A stretch of DNA of 62,378 nt from a virus (taxonomy: Duplodnaviria > Caudoviricetes): positions 1 through 62,378 of IMG/VR virus record IMGVR_UViG_3300044723_005436; one strand, 5' to 3'. A model generated the notes under the pieces. The model searched no databases and was not told where the DNA came from. It was given only the letters and a program-made list of their open reading frames with translations. Below, piece after piece: positions 7,989 to 17,413 of this stretch. Positions within the stretch are counted from its first letter, which is position 1. Each line of letters starts with the position of its first letter. Both the position numbers and the translations under genes were made by a program.

Positions 7989-8998
7989 TAGAGATTCCTA
8001 TAAATGTCTAACATTAAGTTAGTGTCATATTGTTGACTATCAATCTGTTGCAGTTGGCTGGTAACAATAGTGTCTACGCTTTCGAAGTTAATCTCACCTG
8101 AGATTTGCATGTCCATGTCTTCAACTTTTACAGGGATCAAACTCATTTCGCGCAGTTGATACTCATCCATAAAAGTTTCTTTGATAAAGTTTGCTTCTTC
8201 ATAACTGATGTCTACATCCAAGTTAACACGAGCATAGGTTTTAGGACCTAGATACTTTTCAGGACCTTCCAGTAGTTGGCTGATCTTTAGCATGCGATAC
8301 TTAGGCTGTTCGGGCCAAGCAATAAACTCTCTTGTGCCGTCCCAGTCTAGTATCATCATACCTCTGTCATCATCCCACGCATCACTGTAGTTGTGTGCAA
8401 ACGCATTGCCTGTGTAAACAACATTGCCTTTTTCTTGCCGCTTGTGAAAATGTCCTGTAAACACAGTGCCACAACGACCAAAGTCATCTGCATTAAGTTC
8501 ACCGTGATCTGGCATCTGTACCATAGCGTTCATATAAAAGTGAGGAAGTTCAAAGTGACCAATCACATAGTCAGCGTTTACTTTACGCATCTGCTTGTGT
8601 TCATCACCTACTAACCATGGAATAAATGCTACACCGTCTACTGTAGTAATGTCATTGTAAAGTTGAATGTTCTCAAACTTTTTAATGAAAGCAATACTGT
8701 TGTAGTCACGCTTGTCTCTGTAGTATTCGTCATGGTTGCCTGGGATAAAGTGTATTGTATCAAACGAATCGTTGAGCAAATCCAATGCGGCAATACTGTA
8801 GTTCAGTGTAGCAACATTGATGCTTGCTCGTTGATGATGCCAATCGCCCATAAAGATGCAGGTATCTGCACCTTGCGCTTTAGCCTCTTTACAAAACCAA
8901 GTTACAAAGTCCAAACAATCCTTGTTGAAAGTCTGGCTATTGCTTTTGTTACCAAAGTGAATATCCGTGAATACGGCGGCCCGTTTGAACAAACTCAT
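7988..8998 (-). CDS. gp47: Recombination endonuclease nuclease subunit, gp47/Mre11/SbcD-like
   Basis: Metallophosphoesterase motifs DIHFG, GDWHH, GNHD, GHFH; near gp46 and gp55. Confidence 0.92.
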   Translation of the reverse strand: MSLFKRAAVFTDIHFGNKSNSQTFNKDCLDFVTWFCKEAKAQGADTCIFMGDWHHQRASINVATLNYSIAALDLLNDSFDTIHFIPGNHDEYYRDKRDYNSIAFIKKFENIQLYNDITTVDGVAFIPWLVGDEHKQMRKVNADYVIGHFELPHFYMNAMVQMPDHGELNADDFGRCGTVFTGHFHKRQEKGNVVYTGNAFAHNYSDAWDDDRGMMILDWDGTREFIAWPEQPKYRMLKISQLLEGPEKYLGPKTYARVNLDVDISYEEANFIKETFMDEYQLREMSLIPVKVEDMDMQISGEINFESVDTIVTSQLQQIDSQQYDTNLMLDIYRNL

Positions 8999-9004
8999 GT
9001 GTGT

Positions 9005-9032
9005 ATTATAGCACCTTATGTGTTATTGTCAA
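9005..9032 (-). promoter_or_regulatory. sigma70 promoter for gp47, likely leaderless transcript
   Basis: TTGACA (9032-9027), 16-nt spacer, TATAAT (9010-9005), ATG 6 nt downstream, no SD. Confidence 0.65.
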
Positions 9033-9844
9033 GTAATAGGATCTGAACTCTTTGCTAGTTCGTTCTCAGTTTGTCTAGTATAACTAGGATTTAGACCAGC
9101 ACTTTCGAGAATATCATCTCTGATGCTCTGATTTTTCTTTTCCAAGTTTAGCACTCTTGTGAAACTGTTTGTAATTGCTGCAGTGTAATAAGCAAATGGA
9201 TTTTCACTCTTACTTTCATCAAACTGTAGTCCAATTTGTGTAAGTTGCAACAGTGCTTGGCTACGCATTTCATCATTGTAGGTATAGCCGCGCCAGTTTG
9301 AACGTGTGCCGTATCGTTCGCATAGTTTCATATACATGCGGGCAAGTTTGTTAGTGGTGCGACCGTGTGACTTACTGAAGTTCCCATTCTCTAGTCCACC
9401 TTCCCAATGACTTTTACCAACACAAACTGCAACATCGTCATCATCTAGTTTAAAGTGTTGAAAAGGAGGAAAGTTGCACTGCACATGATGGTCAGCAACA
9501 GTTTTAGGATTCTTCTTACGACCAGGATGCAGTGGGATGTGATCATGTGTCATAACACGGAACACAACATCTTGCTTGCTAATTTTCTTCCAGTCTACAG
9601 CAAAATCTGCTTGCTTGACCTTTTGTCCTTCGGCACGAGCAGCCTCATATGCTTGTTTTTGCAAACGATCTGCTTGGTTGCGCTTTGCCTGTGCAATGGT
9701 CCGAATGTTAATTTTTTCTACATTTGGCAAGATAATGTCATAAACATCATCGCCTTCTGCAACAAAACTACTGTAAGTGTTCTTAGATAAATGAATTTCT
9801 TTCAACAAATCGCGATTGTTGAGATAATTTTTCCTTTTGATCAT
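9029..9844 (-). CDS. gp55: Late-transcription sigma factor, T4 gp55-like
   Basis: 'NYLNNRDLL', 'NWRGYTYNDEM', 'FDESKSENPFAYYT' motifs; conserved gp55-gp47-gp46 order. Confidence 0.85.
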   Translation of the reverse strand: MIKRKNYLNNRDLLKEIHLSKNTYSSFVAEGDDVYDIILPNVEKINIRTIAQAKRNQADRLQKQAYEAARAEGQKVKQADFAVDWKKISKQDVVFRVMTHDHIPLHPGRKKNPKTVADHHVQCNFPPFQHFKLDDDDVAVCVGKSHWEGGLENGNFSKSHGRTTNKLARMYMKLCERYGTRSNWRGYTYNDEMRSQALLQLTQIGLQFDESKSENPFAYYTAAITNSFTRVLNLEKKNQSIRDDILESAGLNPSYTRQTENELAKSSDPIT

Positions 9845-9871
9845 GTAATGTGATTCCTTTTATATGCGTAT

Positions 9872-9900
9872 ATTATACAGCCTATAAATATACTTATCAA
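9872..9900 (-). promoter_or_regulatory. sigma70 promoter for gp55 (TTGATA-17-TATAAT)
   Basis: Minus strand TTGATA 9900-9895, TATAAT 9877-9872, then AAGGA RBS. Confidence 0.65.
9883..9890 (+). promoter_or_regulatory. T4-type late promoter (TATAAATA) for the structural operon
   Basis: Exact TATAAATA about 34 nt upstream of the ATG at 9924. Confidence 0.7.
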
Positions 9901-9923
9901 GTAAAAAAACAAGGATTTGATAA

Positions 9924-10742
9924 ATGGCATCACTATTTGATATGGGTTCACAATTTGCTAAGAATCCGCAGAACTTTGCACAAAATGCAGGTTCTCAGAT
10001 ACAAAGCATTGCGGCTAAAGCAATTCCAGCTGGACTAGACGCAAGTGCTAGTAGGTTGTTACAAAGTGGATTGAACTTTGGTGGGGCAAATATTCCCAGC
10101 TTTGGTGGTGGATTCACAGCACAGTTTGCACAAACAGACAAGCGAGTTAGACTTGCACTAAGTCCAGGCAGTGGGCCTATGCTTTATAAAGATCCTAACA
10201 ATAGTGTGCTTTCTCCACTTGCAACAACAGGCGGCGTGCTATTTCCTTATACACCAACCATTAGTATAAGTCATAGTGCGCAATACTCAGGCACACACCC
10301 TACACACAGCAACTATGTGCAGCATAGTTATAATGCAAGCAGTGTAGATAGTATCACAGTTGATGGTTACTTTACAGCCAACGATCCAGATGAAGCACAG
10401 TATGTGATGGCAGTAATACACTTTTTGCGCAGCGCATATAAAATGTTTTTTGGAAATGACAGACTGGCAGGCACACCACCGCCGGTGCTAAGACTTAGTG
10501 GACACGGATCGCTTAACTATAACAGTGTTCCTGTTGTACTACAAAACTTTGCAGAAATTATGCCAGCAGACAGAGATTATATTGAAGTTCCTGGATCAGG
10601 TACACTAATACCTACATATCTACCAGTGACACTTAACCTGATGCCAATATACAGCAAGAATCAAATTGGCAACTTTAACCTGGATAGTTTTGCAAGAGGC
10701 GATATGATTGGATCACCAAATGGATCGGGAGGAATGTTATAA
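9924..10742 (+). CDS. Baseplate / tail-tube initiator-like protein (gp48/gp54-like)
   Basis: 'GGVLFPYTPTI', 'PPPVLRLSGHG', 'VPVVLQNF' tube-fold-like motifs; first gene of the baseplate operon. Confidence 0.55.
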   Translation: MASLFDMGSQFAKNPQNFAQNAGSQIQSIAAKAIPAGLDASASRLLQSGLNFGGANIPSFGGGFTAQFAQTDKRVRLALSPGSGPMLYKDPNNSVLSPLATTGGVLFPYTPTISISHSAQYSGTHPTHSNYVQHSYNASSVDSITVDGYFTANDPDEAQYVMAVIHFLRSAYKMFFGNDRLAGTPPPVLRLSGHGSLNYNSVPVVLQNFAEIMPADRDYIEVPGSGTLIPTYLPVTLNLMPIYSKNQIGNFNLDSFARGDMIGSPNGSGGML

Positions 10743-11044
10743 TGGCAGTTACATACACAGCAGATAGTCCGTATGCTAATACACAACAACATAGTTATTA
10801 TCTAGATATTCTGACACCACGCTTTATTCGTCCTTCAAAAGACGATGTGTTGCACACACTTACACAGGTGCATCAGTACAGACCTGATCTACTAGCATTT
10901 GACTTGTATAAAAATTCAAATTTGTGGTGGGTATTCCAAGCCCGTAATCCAAATGCATTTGAAGATCCTATTTGGGATTTTCGTGCTGGTGTAAGATTTT
11001 ACATTCCTAAAAAGGATAGAATAGAACAGACATTGGGAATCTAA
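10742..11044 (+). CDS. Baseplate wedge protein, gp53/LysM-like
   Basis: 'YRPDLLAFDLY..LWWVF...N' motif; operon position. Confidence 0.75.
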   Translation: MAVTYTADSPYANTQQHSYYLDILTPRFIRPSKDDVLHTLTQVHQYRPDLLAFDLYKNSNLWWVFQARNPNAFEDPIWDFRAGVRFYIPKKDRIEQTLGI

Positions 11045-11045
11045 T

Positions 11046-14036
11046 ATGGCTGTTAACAGACAAAATCCATTTCAAAAACAATATGTAGACGGTTTTCAAG
11101 GTAAGAACATTGACGGAGACGAACTACAGTCGCTGGATACTAACAGTTACTTTGATATTGTTAGTCAGTATAATATTGCAGAAGATGGCACACTTACTAG
11201 CAAAGTAGGCAGCGGCGTTTATGTTCCAAACAATCCTGCACCAGAAGATCGTAGTTTAGTTGAACAGCCACCTGCAAATCCTATTACTATTCCTGAAGCA
11301 ACACCAGTTACTGATGCTGCAAAAATAGATTGGAGCGATGTTGCTGTTGATGATGGTTTAAATGACTATGCTGAAAACTATGCAGACGTAGAGCCGGCGG
11401 GACAAACAAGTTATCCTTATAAAAAAACTAGCCCAGATGCACCAGAAGAAATTCCTGGCATGGAAGGTGATGACGACTTTGGCAGCACAACATCAGCAGG
11501 ATTTACAAGCGATGATGATAGTGAAACAGGTGCACCTGAAGGATTAAACAAAGATCCTAAAAGTGTTACTCAAGTTAACAATGCTAAAGATGCAGCAGGT
11601 ATTGACGGTGCTAAACCTACATTTGATGCAGACTTATCTAAAATAGAAATAAATCCTAGACCTAATGAACTTAACAAGTTTAGCAGTGTGACATATAATA
11701 TTGCACTGTATATGATTAATAGCAAGAGTTATGTGAATCTAATGTCTGCACCAAGTACACCAGAAGCAGTTATACAGGACAGTGTTTTATTAATGCGCAG
11801 TGGCGGAGTAGGCAGAGACAATCAAGATAATGAACTTGCTGCTAGTCTAGGAATTGATAATAGTTTTTTCATTGATGATCTGGAAGTAACAACCATCAGC
11901 GCAGGCCCTAGTAAATACAAGCAAAACACAAACGCAACAGATGTTCGCTTTACAATTACAGAACCGCGCGGCGTAACACTTTTAGAAAAATTACAAACTG
12001 CGGCTAAAATAACATTGGCTAGTACTAAAGAGCAATACATTCATGCTCCTTATCTATTAGAAATTAAGTTCAAAGGCTACGATGAACTAGGACAACCAAT
12101 GGTGGCTCCTAGTAAGCCCAAGTATATACCTATCAAAATTAATGATATAAGTTTTGAAGTTACTGCAATGGGCACTGTGTATTCAGTAACTGCAATGCCA
12201 TTTGCACATAAACTTTTTGGACAAATTAACAGTACAATACCTATGAACATAGAACTTACAGCAGGCACAATTGGTAATATATTCAGTGATGCTATTCAAA
12301 ACTTTACAACAGAAACCGTAGAAACTCGTGTACAGGCAGGGCCGCCAAATACTCCTCCAGAAACAATTAAAACTGAAAAATTAAAGTACGGAGACAGTTA
12401 TAAAACACTTGCTGATGCGCTAACAGATTATCAAAAGAAACGTACAAAAGAAACTGTTAAAGTCAGTAAGAAAAAAGAAGGTCCTCCGGGACGGGGCGGT
12501 GGATTTACTGAAGAAAAGATACCTGCTGCAGCAAAAGGCTATGATAGTTATAGTTTTACACTGGCAACTGAGATTGCAAATGCAAAACTAAATGTAGATG
12601 CTATCTTTGATGCGCTGGATAGCCCAACACCAACTGGTCAGAAAAAAGATGATGGCAAAGCCAACATAAGTCAGTTTCAAGCATATGCACAAGGCTTTAC
12701 AGGCAGTGTTAGTGTAGACAAAGACAAAAAAACATTTAAAATTAATGCTGGTACTGATATTACCAAATTGTTGAATCTTGTTATTATGCACAGCGACTAC
12801 ATGGATAAAAACGTAATTGAAAATCCAGAGCAAGCCGCTGCCAGCGGCGAGCCTATTAAATGGTTCAGAGTAAAGCCTATTATAAAAAGTGCTGAAGGTG
12901 ATGGAAAAGGATATGACGACAAAGATGGAAGATACAAATATCATATTGAATATGTTGTAGAACCAAGTGTGATTTATTACCATGATTTTCCCTGGGCTAA
13001 AAAAAGCAAACCTACAGGCAATGGTGTGCATAAAGTTTATGATTATATTTTTAGTGGAAAAAATACTGAAGTCCTAACCTTTGATCTAAAGTTTAGAAGT
13101 GCATTTATGCAAACCATGACTGCTGGCACTGGCAGTCCTTTTGCTAACAAAAATGCAGACAATCCTTTTATACCACAAGTTAAAGAACAACCACAGAGTA
13201 CTGAAGGTAACACTACCAATGGTGCCGATAGTTTAACTCGTGCTAGAGGCAAAGATTTGTTTAGCACAATTATGAGTGATGGTGTTGACATGGTAGAACT
13301 AAGTTTGGGTATTATAGGTGATCCAGCATACTTTACTACCAGTGATTTTTATTGGCAGGATCGTGTAAGACAAGGCAGGCAGTATACAGAAGCGTTTATG
13401 CCAGATGGGACAATAAACTATGAACTTAGTCAACCATATGTGCAAGTAAATTTAAAAACACCGGTAGACTATGATGATATAAGTGGACTTGCAAATCCTA
13501 ATACAGCGACCAATAGTAGTTTTAGCGGGGTATACAAAGTTACAGAAGTTGTTCATAATTTTAGTGGGGGACTATATCAACAGTCACTTAAAGGCATAAG
13601 AGCACCTTTGCAACCAGACGAAGTAGGTGTTGCTCGTAGTAAAGAAGATAATAAAAGCAAAGAACGTGCAGCTCTGGAAAAAGATGAAGAAAAAGCAAAC
13701 TCGCCTACTGGAACGTCTAGCAATCCGGACACAGAGTCTACAGGGATAACTAATCAGAAAGCAACAGTGGTCAACAGTGCAGCAAGTGAAGATGCATATG
13801 GCGAAACACCGCCGTATACTAGTGCAACAGTAAACAATGCACGAACTGCAGAGATTGCAAGAGGTCCTGATCAGTCTGTACAAACTATACCAGATGTAAA
13901 TGCAGATTTAAGCAGTAGTTGGACTCCTCCTACTGATGCATTACAAAATGCACCACCAGCATTTACACCAACACCAACACCAGTTAGAGTTACAACAGCA
14001 GACTCACTAGTTAATCAAGATGTAGAGACAATATAA
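11046..14036 (+). CDS. Baseplate hub protein (gp27-like) with long low-complexity termini
   Basis: 'IIGDP' and 'SGVYKVTEVVHNFSGGLYQQSL' hub-type C-terminal motifs; lies between gp53-like and gp5-like genes. Confidence 0.6.
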   Translation: MAVNRQNPFQKQYVDGFQGKNIDGDELQSLDTNSYFDIVSQYNIAEDGTLTSKVGSGVYVPNNPAPEDRSLVEQPPANPITIPEATPVTDAAKIDWSDVAVDDGLNDYAENYADVEPAGQTSYPYKKTSPDAPEEIPGMEGDDDFGSTTSAGFTSDDDSETGAPEGLNKDPKSVTQVNNAKDAAGIDGAKPTFDADLSKIEINPRPNELNKFSSVTYNIALYMINSKSYVNLMSAPSTPEAVIQDSVLLMRSGGVGRDNQDNELAASLGIDNSFFIDDLEVTTISAGPSKYKQNTNATDVRFTITEPRGVTLLEKLQTAAKITLASTKEQYIHAPYLLEIKFKGYDELGQPMVAPSKPKYIPIKINDISFEVTAMGTVYSVTAMPFAHKLFGQINSTIPMNIELTAGTIGNIFSDAIQNFTTETVETRVQAGPPNTPPETIKTEKLKYGDSYKTLADALTDYQKKRTKETVKVSKKKEGPPGRGGGFTEEKIPAAAKGYDSYSFTLATEIANAKLNVDAIFDALDSPTPTGQKKDDGKANISQFQAYAQGFTGSVSVDKDKKTFKINAGTDITKLLNLVIMHSDYMDKNVIENPEQAAASGEPIKWFRVKPIIKSAEGDGKGYDDKDGRYKYHIEYVVEPSVIYYHDFPWAKKSKPTGNGVHKVYDYIFSGKNTEVLTFDLKFRSAFMQTMTAGTGSPFANKNADNPFIPQVKEQPQSTEGNTTNGADSLTRARGKDLFSTIMSDGVDMVELSLGIIGDPAYFTTSDFYWQDRVRQGRQYTEAFMPDGTINYELSQPYVQVNLKTPVDYDDISGLANPNTATNSSFSGVYKVTEVVHNFSGGLYQQSLKGIRAPLQPDEVGVARSKEDNKSKERAALEKDEEKANSPTGTSSNPDTESTGITNQKATVVNSAASEDAYGETPPYTSATVNNARTAEIARGPDQSVQTIPDVNADLSSSWTPPTDALQNAPPAFTPTPTPVRVTTADSLVNQDVETI

Positions 14037-14037
14037 C

Positions 14038-16980
14038 ATGGCAGTAGATATTACAAGACAAGGCACCAAAGGTGGCGACAGTGGGTATGATACCAGTCAA
14101 CTACGAGGTGTTAGAGAAGAAAAAGGCATTATCACCGGTGTTGTAAAAGCAAATGTACATCCAACAAGCATGGGTGTAATTAAAATTTGGAACGCAACAT
14201 TTAGCACTGATGAGAATGACAAAACACAGTGGCGCACAGTGCGTTACTGCACTCCTTTTTACAGTCGTGTTGACAACGCTGGTGTAGATGATACCTATTT
14301 TGGTACTAAAGTAACTGCTGGTATTGTTACTCCTCCGCCAGACATTGGCACAAAAGTACTGGCATTTTTTCCCGAAGGTCGAAATAGCGAAGGGTATTAC
14401 TTTGCATGTGTGCCTGATACATATATGATGCAAACCTTGCCTGAAGCAACTATCAGTAATGGTGTAGCAAGTGGCGAGTTCAATGACAGTCCAGCCGGAT
14501 CACATCACAGCGGAAAGATAACAAACTGGCGTACACAGACACGCCCTGAAGACTTCTTTACACAGGACACTCTTGTCAAACAAGGACTCAGTGATGATCG
14601 CATCCGCGGTCTTAACAACAGTGGTTACATGCGAGAAAGTCCTGCAGAAATTATTGGTATTGCAACTAAAGGTCGCAGAATTACAACCCAAGGACAAGAC
14701 TTTACACAAACATATGCTACACAAATTAGAAATCCTGATACTGCTGATAAAAAGATTTTAGAAGGATTGCTAGGCCCTACTGCAAGACGCAAAGGGCACA
14801 GTATTGCGCTCGATGATGGCGACATTGATGGTAACAGTAACCAAATTCGTTTGCGCACTAGTACAGGACATCAACTGCTATTAAATGACACTGAAGGTGT
14901 TATCTATGTTGGCAACAGTGACGGTAGTTGCTGGATTGAACTTAGTAATGAAGGCACAATGGATGTGTATGCACAGGACAGTATTAACTTCCGCAGTGCA
15001 AACATTAACTTTCATGCAGATGAAAATATTAAAATGCATGCTAAAGGCTTTGCACAGATTGTTGCAGATCAACAATTGCATTTACAAGGTACACAGGAAA
15101 CCACAATTGTTACTGACGGTGAAGCAGGTATAAAAGCAAAGAAAAACTTGCATTTGTATAGTGAAAGCGAACTGTTCTCTACGAGTACTGGTGCCAGTTA
15201 TTACAATGCAGGTGGCAACATCAGTGTTGCTGGTAGCATGGTATTGCTACAAGGTCCAAAGACACAAGCAAAGCAAGCAAAGAAGGTCAGCGAAACACAA
15301 AAAGAAGATACTACTTACTTCCCAGATTTGGATCAGTTTATTCTCGATGAAGAGGAAATGGTAACAACAACTGTGGACAGAATTGTAACACACGAACCTT
15401 TCCCATATCACAGTGTAATGAATACTGCTACACCTTATACTGGTGGCCTTGGCGGCGCAAATGGACAAACAACAAGCAACTATGGAATTGTTCCTGCAAC
15501 TGTTACTCAGCCTACTGCAATAGCACCAGGTGGAGCAAGTTCGCCATTAAGTGCTGCAGCAGGATCTACAAGTGCTATTGGAGGTAGTAGTCCACTGTCA
15601 CAAATTTCATCAAGTGTGCCCGGCATAAGCACTGCACAACTTCAGTCACAACTAGGTGCTGCAACAGCACAACTACAAGGTGCAGACTTTGATAAACTCA
15701 TAAAAGATAGCAGTGGAAAAATTACAGGTCTTGCAGATCAACTCAGTGCAAGTGTGCCGCAACTCACAGCTGGCTTGCAAAGTGCAATACCCAATTTACA
15801 GGATAATCTCGGCAGCGTATTACAGACGCCGAACTTAAACAAGTTTCCTGTTACTGATCTAGTAGCACAAGCAAACACAGGATTTAGTGTTGGTGCACTG
15901 GATAGTTTCGATGTACAAGGCTTAAATGCTGCAGTTGTAAAACAAGTGGGCAGTGGTAACAATCCTGCGTTTGTTGACAGTGTAACAAAAAGTGTTGGTA
16001 AGTTTGGCTTTAACGTGGATCAACTTAAAGCACAAGGGTTTGTTCGTCCCGAAGCAGTGTTTAACGATCAACTAAGTGATAGCAGTGTATGGACAGGCAA
16101 AGCAGGCGCAAGCAGTCTTAATAAGATGTTAAGTAATGCACCTCTGCAAGAAAGTATTCAACAAGGTGTAGTTGCAGCAGACTATCAGAAATTGGTTAAC
16201 CTCGGTGGCATTAAAGCAACTGATGGTAAAAAAGAAGTTATGAGTATGCTTACTGCAAGTAACATTTCAACACCGGAAATTACTGCACAAGTAAGACAAG
16301 GCACCCAAAGCATTGAAAATGTATTGCCTAACACTACAAATATTCCTAGTGGCGAAGATGTTGCAAGCAAGGTTAAACAAAGTATGCAAACTGGTGCTGC
16401 AGCAAGTGATCGTGTAGAAAAAATTAAAGCGCCGGCGCCAAGTGTTCCTGAAACTATTGCGACAACAAAAGATGATAAAGGCCGTATTACAGAACGCACA
16501 GTAAAGACTACTGGCGTAGATGAAGATGGATTCGAGTATACTGAAACAAAGAGAGTTAAGGTAGATCCGGAAACAGGCGGTGATACTACAACTGCTCGTG
16601 TCTATTCACCAAGTGATGATTTGTTAGAAGAAGAAGCAAACTCAACAACGAAAACAGATTTTAGTGATGAATTTAACGCAGAGCCACTTCCAGGCGCTAC
16701 TGATAGTGATCCATATGGACTTGACGCTCAAGAAAAGCAAGCACAAGAACGAGAAGAATCTGAAGCAAGTAAACGATCACGTGAAGCAATAGCAGAGTTT
16801 GAACGCAAGAAAAAACTAGGCGGATACGCAGCATACAAAGCTCTGCGTGATCAGAGTAGAGAATTGCGCAAACAGTGGTGGGCAGGTAGACGCACACTGA
16901 GTAAAGCAGAAAAAGCAGCACTGGAAGCACAGATCAAATCATTGCTGGCACAAGCAGATGCAGCACTAAAAGGAAAGTAA
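14038..16980 (+). CDS. Central spike protein, gp5/VgrG-like, with large C-terminal extension
   Basis: OB-fold 'PPDIGTKVL', 'GHSIALDD', 'RLRTSTGHQLLLND', beta-helix-like repeats, 'HEPFPYH'; followed by gp25. Confidence 0.7.
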   Translation: MAVDITRQGTKGGDSGYDTSQLRGVREEKGIITGVVKANVHPTSMGVIKIWNATFSTDENDKTQWRTVRYCTPFYSRVDNAGVDDTYFGTKVTAGIVTPPPDIGTKVLAFFPEGRNSEGYYFACVPDTYMMQTLPEATISNGVASGEFNDSPAGSHHSGKITNWRTQTRPEDFFTQDTLVKQGLSDDRIRGLNNSGYMRESPAEIIGIATKGRRITTQGQDFTQTYATQIRNPDTADKKILEGLLGPTARRKGHSIALDDGDIDGNSNQIRLRTSTGHQLLLNDTEGVIYVGNSDGSCWIELSNEGTMDVYAQDSINFRSANINFHADENIKMHAKGFAQIVADQQLHLQGTQETTIVTDGEAGIKAKKNLHLYSESELFSTSTGASYYNAGGNISVAGSMVLLQGPKTQAKQAKKVSETQKEDTTYFPDLDQFILDEEEMVTTTVDRIVTHEPFPYHSVMNTATPYTGGLGGANGQTTSNYGIVPATVTQPTAIAPGGASSPLSAAAGSTSAIGGSSPLSQISSSVPGISTAQLQSQLGAATAQLQGADFDKLIKDSSGKITGLADQLSASVPQLTAGLQSAIPNLQDNLGSVLQTPNLNKFPVTDLVAQANTGFSVGALDSFDVQGLNAAVVKQVGSGNNPAFVDSVTKSVGKFGFNVDQLKAQGFVRPEAVFNDQLSDSSVWTGKAGASSLNKMLSNAPLQESIQQGVVAADYQKLVNLGGIKATDGKKEVMSMLTASNISTPEITAQVRQGTQSIENVLPNTTNIPSGEDVASKVKQSMQTGAAASDRVEKIKAPAPSVPETIATTKDDKGRITERTVKTTGVDEDGFEYTETKRVKVDPETGGDTTTARVYSPSDDLLEEEANSTTKTDFSDEFNAEPLPGATDSDPYGLDAQEKQAQEREESEASKRSREAIAEFERKKKLGGYAAYKALRDQSRELRKQWWAGRRTLSKAEKAALEAQIKSLLAQADAALKGK

Positions 16981-16981
16981 A

Positions 16982-17359
16982 ATGGCAATAGCAACATACA
17001 AAGGATTTAGTACAATAAGCAACAACTTTGGTAGCTCAAAGTTAACTGACACTGATCTAATTAAACGAGATTTACTCAATCATTTTGCTATTCGCAAAGG
17101 TGAAAAACTAATGCGCGGCAACTTTGGTACTAGTTTGCGTGATTTAATCATGGATCCACTAACAGAAGAAACCAAACAACTTATCATTGAAGAAGTAAAT
17201 GCTGTTATTAACAATGATCCAAGAGTACGTCCAGAAGAAGTTACACTGGATGAATATGAAAATGGACTACAAGTGCAGATAGTATTGCGCTATGTAATCG
17301 ACAATCAAGTAGAAAATCTACTAGTACGCTTTGATAGACCAGATAACGCAGCAATATAA
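16982..17359 (+). CDS. gp25: Baseplate wedge protein gp25-like
   Basis: 'DLLNHFAIRKGEKLM..NFGT' and 'DPRV' motifs; 125 aa. Confidence 0.88.
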   Translation: MAIATYKGFSTISNNFGSSKLTDTDLIKRDLLNHFAIRKGEKLMRGNFGTSLRDLIMDPLTEETKQLIIEEVNAVINNDPRVRPEEVTLDEYENGLQVQIVLRYVIDNQVENLLVRFDRPDNAAI

Positions 17360-17379
17360 TATACATACTTTATTCTGCA

Positions 17380-17387
17380 AATAAATA
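17380..17387 (+). promoter_or_regulatory. Late-promoter-like AATAAATA
   Basis: In the intergenic gap before gp6; same ATAAATA core as the other late sites. Confidence 0.5.
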
Positions 17388-17413
17388 CTGCAATAGAATA
17401 GGAATGTTATAAC

